From positions 2,036,946 to 2,100,945 of the forward strand of contig CAJFCJ010000006.1 of assembly GCA_904063045.1 (NCBI GenBank): a stretch of 64,000 nt of DNA, written 5' to 3'. Shown in pieces: positions 52,402 through 64,000 of this stretch. A program made the position numbers and the translations under genes. Each line of letters starts with the position of its first letter. The stretch's first letter is position 1. This DNA comes from Dimorphilus gyrociliatus. Its lineage: Eukaryota > Animalia > Annelida. Under the pieces are notes generated by a model that did no database searches, was not told the DNA's origin, and saw only the letters and a program-made list of their open reading frames with translations.

Positions 52402-53637
52402 ATCCGACATATCATTAGCTTGAACCTCCAAGGATAAACCCTCCAATTTTCTCTTAAGAGCATCCTTCGATGACGCTATTAACATCTTTCGCTTGATTGG
52501 TGCATTATCAGGTGCCCTGTAGATAAGTGACAAAAGAAAATTACAAATTTAGTCTTTTAAACAACCAGACTTAATAAACGATCAAAGTATTTAAATTACT
52601 ACAAAGCACTTGCAAAGCTGGCCAAGTAAATACATTTTATCAAGATGTTGGCAGTAAACGAGCTTGAACGCGAGAACGGCAGGTTTTGGCAACTTATATC
52701 ATTCGTATATATAAATGGGCTTGTAAATAAAATATCTTTCTTATTAAATTCTCTCCTAGCAATCATTAAGCCTTTAAGAGATACTAAAGTAATAAAAAAG
52801 ACTCCCCTAAGTTAATTTAGTTTCTTAAAATATTATCAATAAAATATGAGTCATTTTACGCAGAAACGGTAGCCGTTGTTTTACTCTTTTTAAAATGAGT
52901 TCAGTGTCAAATATACAAGATATATTGTATCAAACGCTGAGTAGTGTAAACTTTATTCTCTTTATATGTAAAGCTATTTAAAACACTCGACCTTTGGTAA
53001 AGAATAGCTTTTTTTCAGGAAAGCTTGTAGATAATACTCTCCGTGGTTGTTTACAATTGAAATCACAACCACAAGTATCTAAATATAATAATTGAATGCA
53101 TTAATTTAATGTTGGATGCATTGCGGTAAATTGAACGAATAAAAAATTGTGAAAAGCTTTTATCGTATTCTACCATTTTTAATTGGGAAATCCCAGATAT
53201 TATCGGTAATGATTCACCAAGTCTGTTAAGATTGATTTTAAACGAATTTTTTTAAAAATTAGACCAATGACCTAGTCGGGTCAGTGGGGCGGTAACGCCA
53301 ACATCTTAGGTGATCCCAAGAACATCCGCCATTTTAAAATTAAAGTTAAATAGTAAATTAAGGCTTACCAGTGAACGAATATGACTTTTTCTTGTTTCGC
53401 TCCATCAGACTTCTTATTAAAATGGAAGTCGACTACAGCATAGCGTACATCGCAAGGTGGAAGTTGGTCAGTAAAATCCTTCCATGCGAAGCCATCGTAA
53501 TTCTTTTTTGTCGTTTCCACTTCAATTTGTTTCAAATCATCAGAAAGTTTGAAAATGACGTACTTATAGTTATGTTGTAGTTGCAAAGCATTATAAGCTT
53601 CTAAAACTTTGGAGTTGACGTCAATTCCAGATGACAT
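52360..53637 (-). CDS. Cofilin/actin-depolymerising factor
   Basis: MSSGIDV (regulatory Ser3)...YKYVIFKL...DVRYAVVDF...KVIFVH|WAPDNAPIKRKMLIASSKDALKRKLEG..EVQANDMSDL...LDRT*. Two coding exons. Confidence 0.95.
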
Positions 53638-53728
53638 GTTTCTTGTTTCTTTCTGCAGGAGAAATAAGTTGTTTTAGTGACTTGAAGTTAACTTTTAGCG
53701 TAAAAAGACCAAAAATGAAAAGTCATTA

Positions 53729-53829
53729 CCGATAATTATACAACTGAAAACCAAATGACTGGTTGACGATGTAAACGATATATCGATATCGACGATTTTG
53801 CCAAATTTCCTGCTAGACAGCGCATGCGC
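53729..53829 (-). promoter_or_regulatory. Cofilin core promoter: Inr-like TCAGTT (~53746), DRE TATCGATA (53781-53788) and NRF1 palindrome GCGCATGCGC (53820-53829)
   Basis: Motifs are in the expected order upstream of a short non-coding exon ending in CG|gtaatg, whose intron ends at the cag acceptor (~53655) before the ATG. Confidence 0.55.
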
Positions 53830-56379
53830 AGTGTTAGGACACTGAATATTTGGCATTTCTTGAAATAGAATCATTTTTATTTGCTTAGCCCTATAACGGC
53901 TAATGACGCATCTTGGCATTAACTTTTTCCATATTACAAAATAATATCTTGAAATGTTTATTCATTAATGAATAATAGAGTGCGCAATCTTGAAAAATGC
54001 AGTACAATTAGCTCAACTTATATCATACAAAATCTAGTGGTACAGTAACACACAAAAATTATATTTCTCTCTTATCTACTTAACTTCTTCAAATATTTTT
54101 ATCTCTAAAGCGGTTTCTAAAATACTAAAATTGCCTATTATTCTATAAGACGTATCTCGGTTATACTGTTATCAGAAAAAGATTAAACACAAGAAAATAT
54201 AAAAAGATATCAAACCGGCTTTCAATATGGCGGAGAAAGTAGAAAAAAAGGATAACACCACGCCAGATGGCAGTGACTAAACTTAACCACGTGACCCAAA
54301 AATAATTCAAAGTTAACATCCAATTTACATTGATTTAGGTTAATATTTAATAGAAAAAATAAGAGGCAAATTATTTAATATAATTCTAAATTAAAAAAAT
54401 ATTTAATACCGCCAAAAAATTGTCCTATTTTGCATATTTGTTTATCTATTTGCTGTAACTATGTCTACGTAATAGAATGAGAAATTATAAAAAGAAACAT
54501 ATAGAAATATATAAATTACTTACAAGAATTAAAATGAGCTCGTACGACGTTACTCTTTTGACAAATGGTAAAAATTTTGAAATTCAGAATATAAAGGCTG
54601 ACATTGGCCAACTCCGTATAAAGAAATTACCATATATGGAAAATTACTGCCTTATATGGTAATTTGGGAAGTGAGTGTGTTTCACTCTATCGTTTAATAT
54701 TCTTTCGTAACGGGTTATGTTAAAATCTATTGATAACCATTTATTGATTTTAAAACCATTTTTGGTAATTATTATATAGTTGAATGCTAATTATACAATT
54801 TAGTAAATCTTTTTACTTGTACAGGTCATAATAAAAACCTTATAGAACAATACATTGTAATTAAACAATAACTACAAGAATATAGAGTTAAATAAAACAA
54901 TTGAGCTAATGAGAGGGAAACTTTCTTTTAAAACAATAATAGACCATAATTTTACTTATGATTTACTAACAACCTTGTCTATTTACCCACTGTTAATGAT
55001 TTTTCTTTTGTAAATTTTAACCAAAACTTATTATTTAATCAATAAATGATATTATCTTACTCATAGTGAAATGATAATCTTTAGTAAGAAGAAATGAATA
55101 AGTGTCATCTCTAATTAATCAATAAAGGAAGAAAATTATGATAATATTATAGGTGTACTCACGTAATACTGCCTTAAGTCAAGTTCTGTGGATAGCTTGA
55201 AAGTCTAAGATATTTTGGCTCTTTTAAAGTTCTTTATATATATATATATATATATATGTATTGATAGATAAGAGCCAAATGTAGTATAAATTCCTCAAGT
55301 CTTATCGGAAAACGACTTATTTTTTTTACGAATTCATTTAACTAATAGTCTGTTTAAGTGTTGATTTTACTTAGTTCGAGTGCAATATTAATACCTGAAT
55401 ATTATTTATTATTTTATTGATTACATAGTTTCCTTCTTTTAAAAGGATCTAAGATTATGTATTTAGAGTTCAAAGGAAAAAGATACAATAAAGTTCAATT
55501 TAGATGAAAGATGATTTTCAAGTACTTTTTCATAAATAAGGTAAATCGGTGCATATTCTTCTTAACTCTCAAATCAAAATGTTATTTACTCTTATAAATA
55601 TAAAAGAAAAAAGTAAGCATTGATTTTGAAGAGATAAATACTTTCTTCTGATAAGAATTTAACAAGATATCTATCTTTATTTATAATAAATGATATTGAC
55701 ATTGCCTTCAAACAATCGATATTCAATATTATCAATAATTGTGGAATCATAATTCTAAATATGAATGTTTGTCAATAATTTTTATATTTTCATTAATATC
55801 AAGGAAAATACACAAAATCTTATTAATAATCACTATTAATATTTATATGGCTACAAAATATGACTTTAAACCCTAAATTTTTAAGATTTTTAAGTTTTGT
55901 TCTAAAAAAAACTTATCTCCCTTTTCAACAGTGGCAGAAATAGTTGGCCAAGTATAAATAGTACGCTGTTTGTAAAGGTTTGTTAACCACTCTATATACT
56001 TCGCCTATATAGAGTATAGAAATTTTATCCTTCAGAAAATATACCGAATATACATATATAAACCAGACTACAGGTTATTTAAAAAAATTATAGAATACTA
56101 TTTCTAGCGTCAATTTTTCTAATTATGAATATTAAATAAATTAATACTTAAATTGCATGGAGTTTTTTCTTTTAATATTTTATGACTGGTTCTTCATAGA
56201 ATGTTTTGCTGTTGTTTATAAATTACTGCATATTATTAATTTTTCTTAGATTTTAATATAATACAAAGAAATTGATAATATTAATTTATTGTTAGGTCAA
56301 GTCGGATAGTATAGAACGAAATCACTATAGAGTTGAAATGCTTCGGTTTGCTTTCTTAGATTTAAATTGCCGCTTACGG

Positions 56380-56495
56380 AAACGGAAGAACTCAACAAAG
56401 AAAATTTTTAGGTCAATATCACAGCGCATGCGTGTTCTGCCTTCCCCTTCGGTCATTCGAGACAGTCGGAAGATTTCGGTAGCAAGTTAAAATCC
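56380..56495 (+). promoter_or_regulatory. GAPDH promoter and non-coding first exon (ETS-like CGGAAG, NRF1-like GCGCATGCG 56424-56432, pyrimidine-rich start, donor gtaagt at 56496)
   Basis: GC-richer island with motifs and a consensus donor about 440 bp upstream of the GAPDH ATG. Confidence 0.5.
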
Positions 56496-56928
56496 GTAAG
56501 TTAACTATGATTTAAATATTGTTTCTTCACAATTTTACTCTCAATTGGTAGATAATTTAGTAATGCACACTTATGTATTATTCGTATCTTAAATTAATAT
56601 TTTTTTAATGATTTTTTAAAGGGTTTTTATCAAAAATCGAATGACCTTCAAAGAACGAAAGAACGTTCTGTTAAAATTCACAAAGTCAACTTTATATGTT
56701 GCATATAATATTGCAAATATACTTTAATGCAATCATTAAAAGTAATTTTTATGTAATTTATTGCATTAAAATGTTGAACTTGAAGAATTAATTATTTTTT
56801 CTCTACTCAAAATAACAAAGCTGTCCCAGTATAATGATAGAGAAAAACTATTCATTTCTATTTAGTATTTTGACAATGACAAATTACCAGCTTTATCCTC
56901 ATTCAAATTTGTCTTAATTTCAGTCTAA

Positions 56929-58004
<1,076 letters not shown>

Positions 58005-59362
58005 AGAATGAACATGTATTTAGTATCGTGTGTTTAATGCATGCTTATTTTCCCTTACGTAGGGTAATTTGGTGTTTAGAAACAGCCGGTATTCTACTCC
58101 TTTTCGTTGCTAATAAATGTGCACAAAAATTAAATTATGTCTTATTTTACAATATTTCGGAAAATAAATCAGCACGCATGCAATTTTTTTCGGTGATCAT
58201 AAGTGCACCACAACTGCAATATCAAAGGAGTCGATAAAGGTCGCCCTGACCTATCATTCGATATTGTCAGATGGCGTTTGGTGTCTATAATAAGCGCCAT
58301 CTAACATTGGCACGCAAGACATGTGAAAATGGCCGTCAATACCACGTGATTGTAACTTATGTGCTGATTGGTCAACTGGAGCGTTTATGCGGAACACACT
58401 ATGGCGGAAGTTGTTCAGGGTCCTAGTAGCAGCGTTAATTAAAGCAATAAAATACTGTGATTAACGCCTTTTTCAGGCGCGTGCATTCTTAATTGGATTT
58501 CAGAATGAAATCAGTGAGTATTTTAAACTATTTTTGCTTGAAAACGAATCTTTTTTAGCGAAGTCCTACTTTGACCCCATTAATATACCTATTTGAGAAC
58601 AAGTGGTCGCTGTACAGATAGATCTTGAACATTTAACACGTAATATCCAAACGATGGATACTAATTTGAATAAAATATATCACGTGTAAAGCACTTTATT
58701 GATTCCCCACGGCAATTATGACTGCTGACGCGATCAATAATTTTCCATACCACAAATGAAATCATAAAGACATCCAAGTTCAAAATAAAATTTTTAATGT
58801 ATATTATATATTTTGAGTTAAATATATAAGCTGCAACTTACAAGTAATATACCTTATTCTCATCTTGCGGCTCTTATTGCCACTCCTAAATCGAACTATG
58901 GAATTTGAAGAGTGTTACGAAAATATTCGCTAGACAAATAGAGAGCTGAAGAATTTTTATCTAATTTTTAATAAATTAGAACAGTATAAATTCAATTTAC
59001 AACAGCCACAATCCTTGATACTCTTATAAAATAAGATTTATTCGATGCTTTCTAAAAGGAGTAGCATGAAAATTATTTATCGTTATTGGATTCGAATTCC
59101 TTCTCGAAAAATTCAATAGATTCTACGGGATTATTGTTAATAAAATAATGCTTAGAAAGCAATCGCAAGATTCTTGTTTATACTGTTTCAAATCTGAGCG
59201 ATAATCAAGGAATAAAAGTAACTCTCCCTTTATTATCATCAAGTTCTACGTGATGATCACCATGTAGACATTATAAAGCTAAAGGGTCGCTGTATCTACT
59301 GTATAAATAAGTTAAATAATATTTAATTACTTTACTAATGTCACTATATTTATTTAGCAAAT

Positions 59363-62300
59363 ATGAGCGACGATAATCAACCACCGAAGAAGATGCTTGG
59401 ATCTTTCAAGTGTCGCCAGTGCAAATACACAACAAACAACGAAAAGCTGCTTCGAAAACACCTTGCTAAGCATGGAATTCATGCTTGCTTGAGTTGTGAG
59501 TTTGAGTGTGATGACGCTGATGATCTCGGAATTCATGTAAGCGTCCAGCATCCGGTTCTCAATGGATCTGATCAATATAGATGCACTGATTGTCGTTTCT
59601 CAGCAAAGCGAGATGATCAATTAAAGAGGCACATGCAAAAGCATGGGATGTTCTATTGCTTTTCCTGTGACTATTTGGGAGGAAATCTAGCTGATTTGAA
59701 CAAGCATGCTAAAGAAGAACACTCCGTTAAGGATGATGATTCGGAAGGAGATCAAACACTTTACTGCGCTGACTGCAAATACTCCAGTAAACGATTAAAA
59801 CTGTTAAAGAGGCATAGACATGCTATGCATCGAGTTTACTGTTGTCCCCAATGTAACTTTGAGTGTGCGTCAAAAGATGATATGGAAACACACAAGTTAT
59901 GTCATAGAAAAGGGAATAGAAAAGTTGATAACAGATCTGAGAGCCATCAGTGCAGTCAGTGTTCGTATCACTCAAAGAAAATTCAATTAATTAGGCGTCA
60001 TATGCTAAAGCATGGAATCTATCAATGCGAAGAATGTGGACACCAAGCAGACGATGATCATGAATTAAACATGCATATAGATGCGATACATAAATCGAAA
60101 CCAATAAAAAGTACTGTTGATTTAAGTGATGACGATGCTGCTCCAACTTCTGGACCGATTGTTTGTCAAAGGTGTAGCATGGAATGTACTAGTGAAATGG
60201 AGTATAGACGTCATCAATCTGAGCATGGTGTCTTCTGCTGCACTCATTGCGAATTTATTGTTATAGATAGAAAGGACTACGAAGAGCATATTAAAAATGA
60301 ACACCCAGATTCTGGAGAAGAATTTAAGTGCTCTCATTGTTCTTACAAGACAAATCAAGAGCAATTATTTAGACGTCATGTTCATAGCAAGCATGCGGAT
60401 CAACCTTCTGAAAATACTGGTAAATTTCAATGTAGGAAATGCTCTTATTCCAGTAAGAAGAAAAAATACGTTTGGCGACATGAGTTGACCCATCAGCTGT
60501 ATTCTTGTTACGTTTGTGATGGGGAAGATTTCGATAGCGAAGCACAATTTACAACTCATATGGCTACTGAACATCCAGAAGTTAATTACTCCATTGATGA
60601 GCCAACCTTTGCCTGTACCATCGACGGTTGCCGGTAAGTTGAAGAATTTATAAATATAATATACTTTTGTATATACATATAAATTTATATGGTATGTATA
60701 ACTAATGAAATTATAAAGGAAATTAATTCCGAAATGCTTCTAACTAATTTCGTCATTTGCTGTAACCGAATCTAGATAGTAGTTAAAATTAACTCGCTGG
60801 CTATGTTCCAGGTTCATTTTCTAAGTGATTTAAACTGGAAGAGGTTGACTAATATTCATTTCTTTTTGTAAAAGATAACTAAGTATAGCTATAGGTTTTC
60901 TTCCAGTTCTATTAATACACCCTTGTGCATCCCCTATTTAAATATTCTACCAAGTTATTCTCTTTTACTGAATTTATTTGCACTCAAATGTCCCACATTT
61001 TTTCCAATTAATGATGAAATTGATAGAGAATATTACGAAAGATAATAGAATGAAGCTCAATCGATTTTGCTGTTGTATTTTTATATGACATGTCACTTCG
61101 TTTTCAGTTAGCTGAAAGACTTATTAATGTAATTATAAGAAGGGTAATCGTAAACATCAGGGGACTTTGCTGTTATTTGAGACAAAATCGACTCAACATG
61201 ATTTACAGTTAATTCAGTTTGAAATAGCTATAAATTTGTTTGAAGGATACTGCGCATTTGTTAGGCAGCTATAAATTTTTCTAATCTATTTTGTTAAAGG
61301 GAGAAGTAAAACAAGATCTTATTTCAGTCGAACTTGTTTTAGCAATTTATTATTAACAATAGAGATGGTTCGGTTGAATAATAGTTCGGCTATTTTTGGA
61401 TAATTCATAATTTTCGATATTATCTTGCACAGAAATTTTTGCTCATATTAATGGCTTGTTCTTTTTTCTTTTTAGATATACATCGAAAAGAAAAAAATTG
61501 CTGCAGAGACACCAATTGTCGAAGCACGACCACTTAAAATGCTCGGAATGTTCCAAGAAATTCGACTCTATACCTGAAATGGAAGAGCATCGGTGTGGTA
61601 AACAGGAGTCAGAAGACGAAGATGAATGCCTCGAATGTGGAGATTGTGACTTTGTAACTCATGATGAAGTCGCCCTGAAAAAGCATCAACATGAACATGG
61701 GCTATTTCATTGTCTGCAATGTGACTATTTGGCAGTTCATGAAGATGAATTAGATGATCATATAAAATCCGAACATCAGCATCAAAAATCTCCAAAGACG
61801 AAAAAAGTTCGGAAAAGGGTTTATAAAGATGAGCATAAGCCCTTCCCATGCCATCTTTGTCCCTATTCGTCCAAAAAGAAAAAATACCAAAAACGTCATC
61901 TTCGTGAAAAGCATGACATTAACTGCTGCATAGTTTGCGACTTTGAAGGATCAACCAGGGAGCAGCTCGATAAACATATGATAGAACAGCATCCTGCTCG
62001 ATACGAGATAGAAAGGAAATCTGATAGTGTACATTCTTGTTCTCATTGTCCCTATGAGACAAAAAGAATTAAATGCTTTAAGAAGCATGTTAAAAAGCAT
62101 GGTCCTTATGCTTGTCTCTACTGCAAATATACAGCAAAAAATGAAACATCTTTAGTTCAGCATTCCCTTGAGGCTCATGGGTCGAATGGGGGCCGAACTA
62201 TGCTATCCGACGATAGTGATTCTTCGGACAGCAGCGACGGTGGCATCGACGATACGAAGACACCTGTGGCAGACTCTCAACCTAAACAACTTTCCAATGA

Positions 62301-64000
62301 ATCTTCGACGTCGAAAACACATGAATGTGCTTTATGCGAATACGCAACACCATACAAAGCACAGTTAGCCCGTCATGTGGAAAAGGAACACGGTGAAAAA
62401 CCAGCCATGATAGCCTGTCCTCATTGCGATAAGACTTTCCAGAAAGAATCAGCTCTTAAACGGCACTCAAAATGCCACTCAACAGAGACGCCTTTTTCAT
62501 GCACTATTTGTGAAAAATCGTTTAGAACCATGTCGGCTTTAAACAAACATTTTTCAACGCACAAAAATGACTCAAATAGGGCTCAAGAAGAAGTAAGACC
62601 AAAGGCACCAAAAACCAAGGCAGCTTTGAAACACTTTGATGCTTCAGTCTATGAATTTGATAGTGGCGGTGAGGAAAAGAATAAGGTTCAAATACCCAAC
62701 ATTCCTCTAAGTGATTCAGACGGTGAAGATGAAACGTTTTCTCCCAATCGATTCACGAAGAGTTCACCAAAAAGAAAAAAGAAAGAGGAGACATCTAAAT
62801 CTAAAGGACGGTCAGGTAGAGGGAGAAATAACTCAAAGAAAGTATACTACGACGAGGATGAAGAGGATGAATTCACGGAAGTCTTGCCTCAAAAGAAAAG
62901 GAAAATGATACCCTCACCAATAATACCTCCAGCAATGGAGGAAATGGAAGAAAACCAAGAAGAAAATGATGTAGTAGAAATGGAACCAGAAAATAGAGAT
63001 GACAGTAGCAAGTCGTCATCTGATGAAAGTGATTCGGATTCGTCTGCAGATGAACAACAAGAAACTATGACTGAAACTGATCGAACGAGGGCAGAAGAAG
63101 CTCAAATTGTGCAAGACGACGCATCTTCCTATGCTCACTCGCTTGCAGACCTTGAGCCTCCACCTGCTCCAAGACCAAGAACACCCGAGCAATCTGATGA
63201 AGAATTGGACGAAGGTGTTCGAAATGGTAGAGAAGCACATACTAGCCTTGATTCGGGTATGGCAGATATGCAACCAGCAAGCACTGCACCCTTAGAGCAA
63301 ATGCAACAGCAAATTGACAACATACCCGGCTCTGTTCCCCCGGCTAGCCATGATAGCGCCATCTCTCACGCCTCCAGCGAACATAGGAGGGATTCATATA
63401 AAGAACCAATGAGTCATGAATATGCTGGAACCGATGCTCACACACCAAGAGACGTCTCGGTAATAATGCATTCTGATGAGGGGAAAAATCCACCACCACT
63501 AGCACATAGGTCACCGGCAAGTGCGGGACCCCCGTCTGTTCAAGGTCCGCCTTCGGTTCAGCGTCCACCGTCCGTTCAGGGTCCCCCCTCTGTGCCACCT
63601 CCACCCACGCAGGTTCAACAAGGTCCACCTTCGAATCCTCCTCAATCCGCCCCGGACGCAACCCGCTCCGTAAGCGGTCTCACGCCGTCCGAACGCGATT
63701 TTCTTGGCCAATACCTACAGCCGACGAATGTCGATCAACTTCCTTATCATCAACCATCTTTATCGAAACCTCCACAATTAGACCTGTTGACACCTAGGGG
63801 TAGCGGACCCTCTTCCTGCTCTCTACCAACAAGCTTACCCCCGTCCTTGCAGACCGGCTACACGTCGGATCCACTGTTTAGCCAACCTACTCCAGGGCAT
63901 TGGGATCCGTCGTTATACGCAAGAAGCGGCTATGGTGGTTATTTAGGAGCGGGCACCACAGCTCCTACAGCGCATGATTTCCTGAGACCTCCACATGCCG
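59363..64000 (+). CDS. Multi-C2H2 zinc-finger protein (24 fingers, then acidic and Pro/Ser-rich regions); 3' end lies beyond the window
   Basis: Exon 59363-60633 (donor CG|gtaagt) joins exon 61476 onward within finger 14 (CTIDGC|RYTSKRKKLLQRH). The second exon reads open to position 64000. It is missing from the ORF track because no stop occurs in the window. NLS-like SPKRKKK. Confidence 0.9.

Noticed and set aside
54227-54662. Short ORFs between cofilin and GAPDH (MAEKVEKKDNTTPDGSD* at ~54227; track ORF 54477-54662)
   Set aside because: I could not build a phase-consistent gene or recognise any motif. ATGGCG is equally explained as a YY1-type promoter motif.

Overview
AT-rich, very compact animal (metazoan) genomic DNA, not prokaryotic. 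It holds about 21 intron-containing or single-exon protein-coding loci on both strands, with many GT-AG introns of about 45-70 nt and intergenic gaps often under 400 bp. This architecture resembles a miniaturised spiralian genome such as the annelid Dimorphilus gyrociliatus; that is an inference and is not verified. In order: orphan type I membrane protein, CYSTM protein, RADIL, one-Ig receptor, PTRH1, CRAL-TRIO-only MOSPD2-like, G6PD, TMEM115, MPP2/6-type MAGUK, a possible micro-ORF, a divergent MAD2/REV7-like HORMA gene, a lesioned nuclear receptor, CTDNEP1, NAA38, a secreted F5/8-fucolectin-like+PAN protein, two tandem DISP3 paralogs, a secreted CBM-like protein, cofilin/ADF, GAPDH and a 24-finger C2H2 protein that runs off the window end. 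All gene models were spliced by hand. Family calls come from remembered motifs, not database searches. Strongest leads: (1) two homologous, frame-incompatible (mutually exclusive) exons that swap the peptide-binding part of the MAGUK PDZ domain; (2) a nuclear receptor with an in-frame TAG and a Cys->Arg change in zinc finger 2 but an open LBD; (3) a HORMA protein that looks REV7-like at the N-terminus and MAD2-like at the C-terminus; (4) a probable antisense coding overlap between cofilin and its convergent neighbour; (5) ten basic/acidic C2H2 doublets joined by 4-residue linkers. No CRISPR array, rRNA, tRNA or transposon ORF was seen.
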